From positions 62,001-126,000 of the IMG/VR virus record IMGVR_UViG_3300024308_000016: a stretch of 64,000 bases of DNA, one strand, 5' to 3'. Below, piece after piece: positions 38,831-48,767 of the stretch (positions within the stretch are counted from its first letter, which is position 1; each line of letters starts with the position of its first letter). The notes below the pieces were generated by a model. The model did not search any database. It was not told the origin of the DNA and worked only from the letters and a program-made list of their open reading frames with translations. The position numbers and the translations under genes were made by a program.

Positions 38831-39484
38831 ATGCAAATTGAGATGCAGTCCGTCGCTTCTATCCGATCGATGGACCACGAGTTCTCTCCTGTAGACGATA
38901 CCCGGTATCGGGGGTATCTGAGGGAGAGGTTCAACAAGACGATGGAACACCTGAGCCGGGCTACGGGCCGTGTGGCTACGGAATTCATGGAGCGCTCCAG
39001 TCGGCTGTTTGAGAAAGTCAACAGCCATGAAGCACTTCGCAAGGTGCGCGCGATCTCTCGCAACGTCAAAGGCTCTCGCCGGGGTAACATCATCCACTAT
39101 GTGCGGGATCTGGAAGACTGCAGAAGTGCTGGCTTTGCGATGCAGCGGTGGTTGATGACTTCCGTGGCACTACGGGAAGCATTCCTCAAACAGCGCATTG
39201 ACGGCTATCACGCCACGTATGACAACCTGCATGGCGAGGACATCGGTGAAAAGCACTATGACTTCCGCCGAGCTACTAACGGCATGCTGCGCAGCGCGCT
39301 CAATGAAAATGGTGAGCGGGAGTATTTCGTGATGGAGTACTTTGAACATCTTCTGGAAGGCGACCGAGAGCTGGAGATCGACGAAAAGGAAACTATCGCC
39401 GATGCCGTCTGGATCGCCGAGATGATGCTTGCGGCGGGCTTTGACCCGACCGACGCTGGAGCAGGCCGCGAGACCATCCAGTAA
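38831..39484 (+). CDS. conserved phiKZ-like core protein (gp59-like by position)
   Basis: MQRWLM..RIDGYHATY..IGEKHYDFRRATNG..DPT motifs recalled from phiKZ-like phages; first gene of the core block. Confidence 0.55.
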   Translation: MQIEMQSVASIRSMDHEFSPVDDTRYRGYLRERFNKTMEHLSRATGRVATEFMERSSRLFEKVNSHEALRKVRAISRNVKGSRRGNIIHYVRDLEDCRSAGFAMQRWLMTSVALREAFLKQRIDGYHATYDNLHGEDIGEKHYDFRRATNGMLRSALNENGEREYFVMEYFEHLLEGDRELEIDEKETIADAVWIAEMMLAAGFDPTDAGAGRETIQ

Positions 39485-39513
39485 CCTTCAACCTTTATTA
39501 CCGAGATACAGAT

Positions 39514-39732
39514 ATGGCCACCTCCACTTCCTTCAAGATACAGCACCGCTGGTTTTGCAAGAAATGCGACGCCCTGGTGCGTGAAGGCGACACAACGGAA
39601 CACACCTTTCCTGAAAAGGAAATGCAAGCGTCGTCTGCGCGGCTCGACGGCCTGGAGGTGTTCACCACCAAGGAAGGCCCTGACTTGGTGACGGTGATCG
39701 GGCACTCGGACGAGTCCTGCCGTACCTGCTGA
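39514..39732 (+). CDS. small Cys/His protein, possible zinc finger
   Basis: CKKC...H...H..SCRTC. Confidence 0.6.
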   Translation: MATSTSFKIQHRWFCKKCDALVREGDTTEHTFPEKEMQASSARLDGLEVFTTKEGPDLVTVIGHSDESCRTC

Positions 39733-39826
39733 TGCACTCACTCCCGCTGGCCTTCGGGCTGGCGGGAGTAGAGTCCTTTTTTTGTCCTCGATGCTATGGC
39801 GCGTATAGCAGTATGAGGATTGAACA

Positions 39827-40225
39827 ATGGCTAAAGTGATATACTACCCGTCCATCGACTTGGACGGTTGGGTAGCGGAAGTGGGCAAAAAGCTCGATTC
39901 CCTGCTATCGGACTTTTACTGTGCTGAGTACTCTCAGGACTACGTCTTTTATGGCTCTATCTCTTCATTGCCCTGGATCATCCAGCAAAACAACGGACAA
40001 ATGACGGAAACTGCGGACAAGATCCGCTCGTCACTCCAGCAGTACCTCATGAAGTACTTCGAGAACGTCTACGTTGAATGCTCGGAAGTGCCCAGTGACA
40101 ATGAAGTGCAAGGTATCCTGAACCTCTATTTAGAGGTCTCGGATAATGGAGAAACGATGAAGTTGCGTAACCTTTTGAAGGTGGACGGCACTTACCTTTC
40201 TGAAGTCATGAAAATCTTAGCCTAG
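39827..40225 (+). CDS. conserved phiKZ-like core protein (gp61/62-like)
   Basis: GWV..KLD.LLSDF..SQ..F.GSISSLPWIIQ pattern; position in the core block. Confidence 0.55.
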   Translation: MAKVIYYPSIDLDGWVAEVGKKLDSLLSDFYCAEYSQDYVFYGSISSLPWIIQQNNGQMTETADKIRSSLQQYLMKYFENVYVECSEVPSDNEVQGILNLYLEVSDNGETMKLRNLLKVDGTYLSEVMKILA

Positions 40226-40236
40226 GAGCACTCATC

Positions 40237-40932
40237 ATGAGACCCCCCGCATCCCGTCCCACGGACGACCCCAGCGTGACCATCAAGCGCATGAAGACCC
40301 ATGAGCTGGGCAAAGCCAAGCGCGACATCCTGGAGGAAAACGAGAAGCGCCTGATCACCCAGGCCATCCTCAAGGATCAAGAAGCGATCAGCGCTTTGAT
40401 CGACGATCCGGAAAACGATCCCACCCGCATCCGGTTTCCCGAACGCATCTTCCGCGAGAACTTCCTGCCGGTGATCACGGGCGAGGCGCAAACGAAGCTG
40501 CCGCCCGGTGTCACCAGCGAAGCCATCGAACAGCAGGCTCGCCAAAAGTGGCTGGCTGTGTCTCGCGGCAACCTCAACGAAGTCGATGTGGTGGACGACG
40601 ACAACAAAGTCGTCTTCACGATGCCGGCGTTGTTTCCCACCGGCAACTTCCATACCCTGCAAGACCGGGAAGGCGGCTCTGCGCCCCTGAAGGTCTACGC
40701 CAAGGACTACCGCGACCATCTGCAAACGCTGCCCACTGTGGGCATGCAAAAGCTCAAGTTCGGGCTGGACCAACACCTGGAGCGGATGTTCGCCAATGGC
40801 GAAGACAACACCGTCAAAGAGAAGATCAACAAGATGCTGGACTACTATGGGATTGACCTCGGCAACAAGCCTGCACAAGGAGCACAAGCTCAAGCCGACG
40901 ACGGCGGCCTGGGAGAGATGTTCTACGATTGA
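40237..40932 (+). CDS. conserved phiKZ-like core protein
   Basis: PERIFRENFLP..WLAVSRGNLNEVDVVDD..VFTMPAL pattern; AGGAG upstream. Confidence 0.6.
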   Translation: MRPPASRPTDDPSVTIKRMKTHELGKAKRDILEENEKRLITQAILKDQEAISALIDDPENDPTRIRFPERIFRENFLPVITGEAQTKLPPGVTSEAIEQQARQKWLAVSRGNLNEVDVVDDDNKVVFTMPALFPTGNFHTLQDREGGSAPLKVYAKDYRDHLQTLPTVGMQKLKFGLDQHLERMFANGEDNTVKEKINKMLDYYGIDLGNKPAQGAQAQADDGGLGEMFYD

Positions 40933-42076
40933 GTTCGCTAAGAACATCTCGTATCTGGTCATCTCCGATATCCACCTGTTTCATACCCAAAACCCCACAG
41001 AGTCGATAGTACGCAACCTGTCGATCTTCTTCGATGACTTCGCGCCCAGCTCCCGGTTCGCCAAGTTGGACATCATCTTCATCGCAGGAGACATCTTCGA
41101 GACGCTGCTGTACTTCAAGCACCCGGCGGTGGTATGTGTGATCGAGTTCTTCAGGCGCTTGATGAAGTTTTGTGCTGTGCACGGCATCATCTTGCGGATA
41201 CTGGAGGGCACACCCAGCCACGACTACAAGCAAGCAGTGAATTTCCAGCCTTTGGCCGATGCATTTGGCCCAGAGCTGGACTACCGGTATGTGCAGTCCC
41301 TGAGCATTGAGCGCATCTCACGGCTGAATCTCTCGGTGCTGTATGTTCCCGATGAATGGGGAGGCTCAGCTGAAGAATGCCACCGCCAACTGGAGATCAT
41401 GCTCCAGGAAGAAGGTATGGAGCAGGTGGATATCGCCATCATGCACGGGATGTTCGAGCACCAGCTCCCAGAAGTGGGCAATGACCCGCTGGTGCACTCG
41501 AGTGCTTACTATCTTGGCATCGTCAAGTACTTCATCAACATAGGCCATGTGCACACGGCCTCTGTGATGCTGCGAATACTGGCACAGGGCTCCTTTGACC
41601 GTACCGCCCACGGTCAGGAGGAGAAAAAGGGCGCCTTCTTGGTGCACCTGCGCCTCAATGGACAGCACAGCTTTGAGTTTGTCGAGAACAAACATGCGAT
41701 GGTCTTCAAAACGTTCGACATCCCGGACCAAGACCTTGACAAAGCTGTCGCTAAGCTGCGATCGAATCTGGAGTCGGTGCCCGACAACAGTCATGTACGA
41801 GTGAGGGCTCCTCGGGGCTCTCCGATCTTCAGTGTCTTCGATACCTTCAAGCGTGACTACATCCGTATCACGTTCAAAAAGGAGATAGAAGATGAGAAAG
41901 ACCACAAGAAGGATCAGCTCCAGGAGTTGATCAGTCTTGAAAGCGAGTTCACTCCAGTGTACCTACCCAAGGAAGCCATCGTTGGCATGATCTTGAAGGA
42001 AGTCACCTCTGTTCACGTCCTGAGTCCTCAGGAACTGGAGGAGCTGACCGGGGAGCTGGACAGTCTTCACGTTTAA
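40928..42076 (+). CDS. sbcD: SbcD/Mre11-like metallophosphoesterase nuclease (phiKZ gp65-like); start uncertain, possibly ATT
   Basis: SDIH, AGD, EGTPSHD, MHG and GHVH calcineurin-like motifs. Confidence 0.8.
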   Translation: MEFAKNISYLVISDIHLFHTQNPTESIVRNLSIFFDDFAPSSRFAKLDIIFIAGDIFETLLYFKHPAVVCVIEFFRRLMKFCAVHGIILRILEGTPSHDYKQAVNFQPLADAFGPELDYRYVQSLSIERISRLNLSVLYVPDEWGGSAEECHRQLEIMLQEEGMEQVDIAIMHGMFEHQLPEVGNDPLVHSSAYYLGIVKYFINIGHVHTASVMLRILAQGSFDRTAHGQEEKKGAFLVHLRLNGQHSFEFVENKHAMVFKTFDIPDQDLDKAVAKLRSNLESVPDNSHVRVRAPRGSPIFSVFDTFKRDYIRITFKKEIEDEKDHKKDQLQELISLESEFTPVYLPKEAIVGMILKEVTSVHVLSPQELEELTGELDSLHV

Positions 42077-42091
42077 AAGAGAGCTTACACC

Positions 42092-42946
42092 ATGGCAGCC
42101 ACACTTGTGGACAGAACTGTCTCTGGTTTTCCGCTCAGTATCTCTACGGGACTTGCGTTTGAGTCGTTGTTTCCGCCCAGACAGGCGGTCTACGATGATA
42201 GTCGCAAGATCCCGCAGAAGATCGCCCTGGCTGAGTACAACCAGATATGGATCAACGTCGATACGTTGTTTCGCAACATGATTCAGTCCTCGTCCAAGGA
42301 GATCATCCACTCGACCAGCTACCAAGAAGCTGCCATCGTGCTGGACGGAGAGATGGAAACTATCCGAAGCATCCTCAAAAACGAAGGTCGGGGCCGTACG
42401 GCTCCGATCTTCTATTTGTGTGATTATCAAAAAGCTTTGGAGAAGAGACACAAAGCAATCGATCTGAGGCGCGACAACAGTCCCACTCAGACCTACATCG
42501 AGACGATGCGCCGGGAGACCATGAAGATCCTCATCGAGGAAGTCGAGGGTCTACACAACTTCAAGGGTGCTATCGAGAGCATCGGAGTACCCACCTCCGC
42601 ATTGATGCTCACCCATTACCCGTATGACTTGCTGTCTCGAAAGCTGTTCACCAAGCTGGACTTGCTGGAGAGCAATACTGGTAAGCTGAAGACGCCCCGG
42701 CAGTGGAACAGCAAATACTACCCGCTTCCGGGAAAAGACATGAGTATATTGCCGTGGTATCGGTTCATGCTCATGACGTTTGGTGATAAGGTGCTCATCG
42801 TGCCTCAGCCCAAGAAGCTACGCGACTCAATCTACGAGACCGCCGTCAAGCGCCAATGGACACCACTGACTACCATGGACAAATGCATGCTGGATCTGTC
42901 GATAGACCTGAACCCGTATGACTATGCCGTGATCCGGACGTTCTAA
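42092..42946 (+). CDS. conserved phiKZ-like core protein (gp66-like)
   Basis: GFPLSISTGLAFES..WINVDTLFRN..LTHYPYDLL..LDLLESNTG.LK..WNSKY pattern; synteny. Confidence 0.65.
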   Translation: MAATLVDRTVSGFPLSISTGLAFESLFPPRQAVYDDSRKIPQKIALAEYNQIWINVDTLFRNMIQSSSKEIIHSTSYQEAAIVLDGEMETIRSILKNEGRGRTAPIFYLCDYQKALEKRHKAIDLRRDNSPTQTYIETMRRETMKILIEEVEGLHNFKGAIESIGVPTSALMLTHYPYDLLSRKLFTKLDLLESNTGKLKTPRQWNSKYYPLPGKDMSILPWYRFMLMTFGDKVLIVPQPKKLRDSIYETAVKRQWTPLTTMDKCMLDLSIDLNPYDYAVIRTF

Positions 42947-43069
42947 AAAGACGTCGTAAAGTCATAAAGTGCTGAAGCAGTGGGGCTTTAAGGAGTCAGC
43001 TTCAGCGCTGTGGCTCCTTTTGGTCCTTTTCACAAACCCAAATCTCATCTGTACAGAAAGCAACCCCCA

Positions 43070-43774
43070 ATGTCCAATCAGAACAACTTCGCCAATCGCG
43101 GGCCACTGGACGTCCTTGAATTCCCGATGGCGGCTTTGTACACACAAGCCCCCGGCAGCGACCGCGATCGTGCCTCCTTCAACGTCTCCATCCTGAATGG
43201 AAACCCGCGATTTGGCGTCTGGACGCGCGTGCAGGGCGAGAAGTCCCCCATCCAGGGCGGCATCGGTGGTGTGGCCATGGAGGCGCTGCTCGACGACATG
43301 GAAGACTGCTTCCAGGGCAATGGTGTCAGTGCCCGCAAATTCGCGGTGATGACCCGTCCCAAGACCGATGACGGCTCCACCACGGGCGACTACCGCAAAG
43401 TGCTGGGCGCCACCGTCAAGTACGGCATCGACCAAGAAGACAACCACCGCTGGGTGATGCTGGAGTCGGCTGACGAATCGCGCGCCAAGATCGTCTTCAA
43501 GTTCCGGGCCTTCGAATGGCACCCGATGGCTACGGCCGAAGGCTCGTACACCGACGAGCAAGCTTCCAAGATCCATGCGCTGGCCTGGGTGCGCTATCTG
43601 CGCAAGATCTTCATCCAACACAGCAAGGGCCAGACCGTGGAAGAACGCAAGGCACGTGCTGAACAGTTCAAGAAGGGCAAGAGCGGCGGCCAAGGTGGCG
43701 GGCAGCGTCCCGCACAGCGCTCGTCTGACCCGATGGGTAACTTCAGCTTCGACGACGACGTCGGCGGCTTCTAA
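43070..43774 (+). CDS. chmC: ChmC/gp67-like nucleic-acid-binding protein with disordered acidic tail
   Basis: Follows the gp66-like gene; NGNPRFGVWT; G/Q-rich tail ending FSFDDDVGGF; inferred from synteny and architecture. Confidence 0.5.
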   Translation: MSNQNNFANRGPLDVLEFPMAALYTQAPGSDRDRASFNVSILNGNPRFGVWTRVQGEKSPIQGGIGGVAMEALLDDMEDCFQGNGVSARKFAVMTRPKTDDGSTTGDYRKVLGATVKYGIDQEDNHRWVMLESADESRAKIVFKFRAFEWHPMATAEGSYTDEQASKIHALAWVRYLRKIFIQHSKGQTVEERKARAEQFKKGKSGGQGGGQRPAQRSSDPMGNFSFDDDVGGF

Positions 43775-43843
43775 GCACAAGAAACCCCAAGTCCCCGGGG
43801 GTGTTATCGGGGACACTACTTCGTCATCATGAAAGACTGAGAC

Positions 43844-44359
43844 ATGCCTGCTTTGTATTCCGCCCAAGCCAAGTTCCTCTCGGACAAGGCCATCGACCTG
43901 ATCACCCACCGCAAGACCGGCGCTTTGATTGCTGGCTGTCGGTTCATCCTGAGCCGTCACCATGAGCATGAAAGTGCGGTCGACGGATCGCCTGAAACCG
44001 TCAAGCGAGCGATGGACAAGCTGGGGTTCGTGAAGATGTCTGAATCCGCGGATCCATTCGTCGACAGCATCTACGACCGCTGGCTGTATACGCGCCCCAT
44101 CACTGATGGAGACAACTACATAGGGATCCGGCTGGTATCGATCCTGGGCCCCCGTGTGGATGGCCGACTGACAGTGGCTCGGCCCAACCTGATCACAGTG
44201 GTGGACTACACTATCACCGACGGCACGAACATGGAAACTGAAGTCATGGCCGCTCAGCTCGCCCGTGTCGAACACGGTATCGTGGAACGCCAGTATGGCT
44301 TTACTGCGGCAGAAACCCGTGAAACGTTCCAACGCGCCATTGCCAACGCTCGCCTGTAA
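43844..44359 (+). CDS. hypothetical protein
   Basis: TGAAAG upstream; typical codon bias. Confidence 0.7.
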   Translation: MPALYSAQAKFLSDKAIDLITHRKTGALIAGCRFILSRHHEHESAVDGSPETVKRAMDKLGFVKMSESADPFVDSIYDRWLYTRPITDGDNYIGIRLVSILGPRVDGRLTVARPNLITVVDYTITDGTNMETEVMAAQLARVEHGIVERQYGFTAAETRETFQRAIANARL

Positions 44360-44422
44360 CAGGTAACCCACTACCCCAGCTCCAGCCTTTGTGCTGGGGT
44401 TGGGGGCTATGAAAGCATCCAT

Positions 44423-44785
44423 ATGTTCGAAGCAGATATAGAGTTACCCCAGGGCTTCACAGAGCAGCAAGCGGCTGCTCGCCAGATCGCTCTCCAGTAT
44501 CTGGGGGTCGTCAGCAAGGTCACCGCCAACACTGACGGAGAGATCATTGCTCCCGAGCTATTGTGTCGCCTAGAGTCCGAGCTTGCCAAGGAAGTAGCCA
44601 TGCTATCCCTGCGGTACGGTGCCCAATCCTGGATGAATGACTTCGGTCATCGGTTCCGGTTCTCCGTCACATCCAACATGGATGCCATCGTGATCGATGA
44701 GACCAGCGGTCGTCTGTTCAGTATGTACCGCGGCCACGAGAGTGTCCTCAAGCATCACCAGTTCACCCCTATAACCGAGTCCTAA
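44423..44785 (+). CDS. hypothetical protein
   Basis: TGAAAG upstream. Confidence 0.65.
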   Translation: MFEADIELPQGFTEQQAAARQIALQYLGVVSKVTANTDGEIIAPELLCRLESELAKEVAMLSLRYGAQSWMNDFGHRFRFSVTSNMDAIVIDETSGRLFSMYRGHESVLKHHQFTPITES

Positions 44786-44799
44786 GTAGAAAGCCTGTC

Positions 44800-45399
44800 A
44801 TGAATCTGGAAACCATAGCCGTATCCCGCCAGTACGTGGAAACCCAAGCACTGGAGATGATCAACAAAGCCGTCACCTCCAATAACAACAAGGATCTGAA
44901 CCTGGAGGAGTCGATCCGTCTGTTTTGGCCTTCGGTCACGCGGATGCCGTCAGCATTCATTGTTTTGAAGGACGGCGCCTTCCAGTATTGCAGCGATCAT
45001 CCTACCACCACTCGGCGCCTGATGAGCGAGGAGGGGTTCTCCGAGTACAGTGCAGGTCACGATTACTGGAACCGGGAAAACCGTCAACGCTATTTGAAGC
45101 TACTGTACTCTACGTATCCGTCGGGGACGCAGTATTTAGCGGGTGTGGGCATCGTGACGATCGATCATGACTCCAATTTCGGAATCAGTGATCACGATAT
45201 CCGCTCGATCACTGTCCAATCGCGTGTTTACACCTTCAGCGAGAAGGCCGAGATGATGGTGCCCTACAAGGCGCTGCAAACTCTGGGCACTCCGGACCCA
45301 GAAGCCTATATCCGGGAGAGGCTCAAAGAAAAGGATGAAGTCATGATCGAATCGGTGATCAATAACTATCGCCATATGCGGTGCGAGTTCGCGACATAA
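44800..45399 (+). CDS. hypothetical protein
   Basis: TAGAAAG upstream; followed by hairpin 45403-45438. Confidence 0.7.
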   Translation: MNLETIAVSRQYVETQALEMINKAVTSNNNKDLNLEESIRLFWPSVTRMPSAFIVLKDGAFQYCSDHPTTTRRLMSEEGFSEYSAGHDYWNRENRQRYLKLLYSTYPSGTQYLAGVGIVTIDHDSNFGISDHDIRSITVQSRVYTFSEKAEMMVPYKALQTLGTPDPEAYIRERLKEKDEVMIESVINNYRHMRCEFAT

Positions 45400-45443
45400 A
45401 GCTCCGCTGTCTCAGCCCCTTGTAGGGGCTGAGATGGAGGGTC

Positions 45444-45481
45444 TTTGTAGATTACTGAGGTCACTTACACTTTACTTGAGG
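45444..45481 (+). promoter_or_regulatory. phage promoter copy P5
   Basis: TTTGTAG-N8-GGTCACTTACACTTTACTTGAGG. Confidence 0.8.
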
Positions 45482-45531
45482 ATGGCGTTTACGACCGATC
45501 CATATTTTATCGTTCAAATAGAAAGCTCTAT

Positions 45532-46074
45532 ATGTCAGGCATGTACGGGAAGATGAATATATCGAGTTGGCCGAGAATGGGGATATATGCGATCATTCCG
45601 ATGGGTGATGGTCGGATGTGGTGCAAGAAGGACTATAGCGTCAGCTGTCACGACTACTCTGAGAGATACGTAGCAACGAACCACTCTGCTGGATTGCTAG
45701 CTTCAAAAGCTGTACACACAGCGGCAATATGTAAGAAGATGGTCCACTCACAGGAGATACTTCGAGACATGGTCCAGGGTTCGACTGAGGTGCTGGATAT
45801 TCCCAGAAACCGAGCAGCCTTTGATGCCGTCGGTAACCTGCAGATGTTCATCGGGCTTTATTGTGAGTTGCCCGATGGCGATGAGCCGATCTACTCGACG
45901 TTCACTACTATGAGTCGAGGAGAAGTGTACAACCCCCTGTATGGTTGCCGAAACTCCGATGTGACACTGGCGCAGTTCCATCATCAGCTCGACCTCATCA
46001 TCAAGCTTGGCTTGTTTCGGTATGTCGACCATTTGCTCAACATATACATGAACGCACGCAAACGACTGGGGTAA
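45532..46074 (+). CDS. NPxYGK-family paralog 1
   Basis: YNPLYGCRNSDVT; AATAGAAAG at 45517. Confidence 0.75.
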   Translation: MSGMYGKMNISSWPRMGIYAIIPMGDGRMWCKKDYSVSCHDYSERYVATNHSAGLLASKAVHTAAICKKMVHSQEILRDMVQGSTEVLDIPRNRAAFDAVGNLQMFIGLYCELPDGDEPIYSTFTTMSRGEVYNPLYGCRNSDVTLAQFHHQLDLIIKLGLFRYVDHLLNIYMNARKRLG

Positions 46075-46077
46075 CGG

Positions 46078-46701
46078 ATGTCAAAAGTATACGGAGAAGT
46101 GGATCTGGCTGACGGGATCATGACAATAGGAGAGGAGACGGATGCGGGAGCTCAGATCTATCTGACCCACAAGCCAACGTATCGCTTTGAACAAGTCAAC
46201 GAGTATGACAGCCAGCATCACGACAATTCTAAGAGAGACGTCGAGAAAAGCGTCTGGACCGACAACAACGATGTTGAGGATAGTGTCTCTGTGACGCTGT
46301 CTGCATCAGTGGACCGCATGGTCAAAGCTTTGAAGAGTGGCACGCACATGCTGCTGTTTCAGGCCAGTGGCTGGGAGTTGATGAATCTGGTCAAGGAACC
46401 CGACTGGGCGTGGCCGGACGATGTGTTCTCAGTTATCCCTAGGCGTGATATGGGAGAATTCATTAACGCTCGCCGTCAGCTGTACCTGAGCCTGGAGGCT
46501 AGCGAGGTATACAGACTCGCTGAGATGATCACGTTTCGGGGTATGGACATCGACGACTATAGTCCAATCTTCGGCAAGAAGTACTATGCTGTCGATCTCG
46601 ATGAGTACGTAGGGTTATTGCGCCAAGCCCAGAGCCGGGGCATATGGTGGCTGCAAGACTACGTTAGACACAAACTAAGACAGGGACGCAAAAATGAGTA
46701 A
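46078..46701 (+). CDS. NPxYGK-family paralog 2
   Basis: Starts MSKVYGE; YSPIFGKKYYAVDLDEY. Confidence 0.75.
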   Translation: MSKVYGEVDLADGIMTIGEETDAGAQIYLTHKPTYRFEQVNEYDSQHHDNSKRDVEKSVWTDNNDVEDSVSVTLSASVDRMVKALKSGTHMLLFQASGWELMNLVKEPDWAWPDDVFSVIPRRDMGEFINARRQLYLSLEASEVYRLAEMITFRGMDIDDYSPIFGKKYYAVDLDEYVGLLRQAQSRGIWWLQDYVRHKLRQGRKNE

Positions 46702-47275
46702 GCGATACGGAGAGATCAACTACAACAATGGTGATTATGGATTCTACACGAACCGACCTGTATGCGACTTCAAGGAGATCAATGCCCGAGAAGATATGTA
46801 CGGTGATAGCGGCCGCAGTAGACGCAATATAAAAGGAATAGCTACGTTCAGGGGATCTGTCGTCACACTGACTGCATCAATCGACATGATGGTCAAGGCA
46901 CTTAAGACTCCTGCGTATATGGGAATGATCGGCATGAGCTCCTGGGAGCTTGTGGCTGCTTCCTCCGTGGACAGGGGTTGGTTCAGCGATGACGACCCGA
47001 TGGCATGCATCCCCTCTGAGGACATCCGCCGCTACAATGACGCGATCGACTGGTTTACCTCGTGTCTGCGGGGGGTGTGTTGGCCAGTTATCATACCGCT
47101 GCTGACGTTCGAGGATCTCGACCGCAATGAGCACAATCCCCTGTTTGGCAAACGGATCTTCGAGATCACGCACGTCGAGTACATCGCTCTGTTGCGTCAG
47201 ATCCAAGCCAAAGGTCCTTACTGGCTCAATGACCATGTCAGGGCCACTCTAAGAAAGGCAAGAAAAAGTGAGTAA
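46694..47275 (+). CDS. NPxYGK-family paralog 3
   Basis: Starts MSKRYGE; HNPLFGKRIFEITHVEY. Confidence 0.75.
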   Translation: MSKRYGEINYNNGDYGFYTNRPVCDFKEINAREDMYGDSGRSRRNIKGIATFRGSVVTLTASIDMMVKALKTPAYMGMIGMSSWELVAASSVDRGWFSDDDPMACIPSEDIRRYNDAIDWFTSCLRGVCWPVIIPLLTFEDLDRNEHNPLFGKRIFEITHVEYIALLRQIQAKGPYWLNDHVRATLRKARKSE

Positions 47276-47822
47276 GCGATATGGAGAAGTGGAGCACGGA
47301 GTCATACGAAGTGGGGCATGCGAGGACATAACGCATATGCGTATCAAAAGAAATATTCGTGTGCTCCAAAATCGACGTAAGGAAGGTGCTCATAAGACGC
47401 GCCTACGCTCAGAAGAAAGTCACCTGCAGTACGAGGGCACCATCTACTGTCATATCTCCCGGCTAATTAAGTTACTGGCTACTGACCTTGACTTCAAGAT
47501 CGCTATGCAGGGAAATGCACTCGAAGAAGGTGACTTTCGAGCAGCTGACTATTCGAATGAACGCATGTCTGCTATCGAAGAAACTGCTGAAGAGATATAC
47601 ACGCACATATACGCCTTTAGCTATTTTTATGCTTTTGATTTATATGCGCGCCTGGCTCTCCTGTATGCTGACACAATGGATTATAATCCGATATTCCAAA
47701 AGCGCAATTGCGAGATTACTCGATTGGAATATATCGCGTTTTTAAAGCAATTGCAAAGGGAGGGTATTCAGTCATATATTAACCGGGCAATTAAACTGAT
47801 AATGAATTCGAGAAAGGGGTAG
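47268..47822 (+). CDS. NPxYGK-family paralog 4
   Basis: GTG start, SKRYGE; YNPIFQKRNCEITRLEY. Confidence 0.75.
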   Translation: MSKRYGEVEHGVIRSGACEDITHMRIKRNIRVLQNRRKEGAHKTRLRSEESHLQYEGTIYCHISRLIKLLATDLDFKIAMQGNALEEGDFRAADYSNERMSAIEETAEEIYTHIYAFSYFYAFDLYARLALLYADTMDYNPIFQKRNCEITRLEYIAFLKQLQREGIQSYINRAIKLIMNSRKG

Positions 47823-47826
47823 GTTT

Positions 47827-48255
47827 ATGGGACTTATGTTTTCTGATCTGCCAGACCATCCGAATGACATCTCCTTAAAAACCGATCGGCGACTGTCTCG
47901 CTTATTTTGGCGTCTGTGCAATATCCTCGACACCGAGCAAGCGTTTGCACGCTATGTACGATACTGGGGCCATAAGAACAGCGGGCTTTACCGGATAGCA
48001 AGTCAGTTCTATGACCCATGCTACCTGACTGGGAACTGGATAACTAACGCCATGACTGTATCCGGCGCTGATGCCAGAGTAGTCAACTCTGTCTTGATGC
48101 GCGATAACCGAGGCGGTATTAATCCGCTATACGGTCGCAACTCCCGTCTGGTGACTCGCCAGATGCACCATACGCTGATGCTGGACCTGGCCAAGCTCAG
48201 TGACGGGGAGATCATCCGAGAGCTCACTAGGCGAGTTTTAGGGAGCACACCATGA
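47827..48255 (+). CDS. NPxYGK-family paralog 5
   Basis: INPLYGRNSRLVT. Confidence 0.7.
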   Translation: MGLMFSDLPDHPNDISLKTDRRLSRLFWRLCNILDTEQAFARYVRYWGHKNSGLYRIASQFYDPCYLTGNWITNAMTVSGADARVVNSVLMRDNRGGINPLYGRNSRLVTRQMHHTLMLDLAKLSDGEIIRELTRRVLGSTP

Positions 48256-48752
48256 GTGGACGTGGAGCAAGGATCGCATTACTGGAGTACGATGATGACG
48301 CACATGGCTTTACGCGCCGTCGTTATGACTACCTGACGCTGGAGCGCACGCTCGATCGGCTGCTGAGCAAGCCCGAGGCTGTGAAGTTCATGCTCAACAG
48401 TGCTCTTCTCAAAATCGGGGAGTATCGGGATAGGTCTCTTTCCTGGGACCAGATCACTCGCCCTGATCAATCTTTGGCCATCAAGGGCTATCGGGAAAAG
48501 CAGCGAGCGGTCTATTCTGACATGGACCGATTATGTCGCATATTCAACGATATAGTCGGTTATAATAAGGCCGGGTATTGGATTTTAGGAGTATTGAATT
48601 CCAAAGATTTTAATCCTTATTACGGAAAGGCAAATATATCAGTAAAACCAATTGAAATAATCGAAGAGTTACAGTTAATGCGCTCAATAGGTGGTAAAGC
48701 CTCTATTAACCGTATTCGAGCAAATCCCGCTATCGTTAGTTTATTCAAGTAA
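48252..48752 (+). CDS. NPxYGK-family paralog 6
   Basis: FNPYYGKANISVKPIE. Confidence 0.7.
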   Translation: MSGRGARIALLEYDDDAHGFTRRRYDYLTLERTLDRLLSKPEAVKFMLNSALLKIGEYRDRSLSWDQITRPDQSLAIKGYREKQRAVYSDMDRLCRIFNDIVGYNKAGYWILGVLNSKDFNPYYGKANISVKPIEIIEELQLMRSIGGKASINRIRANPAIVSLFK

Positions 48753-48767
48753 GAAAGCTTTATTGTC

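Noticed and set aside
12481-39815. phiKZ-type TATG late promoters (e.g. 12487 and upstream of 29551 and 39827)
   Set aside because: A 4-mer occurs too often by chance to call without TSS data
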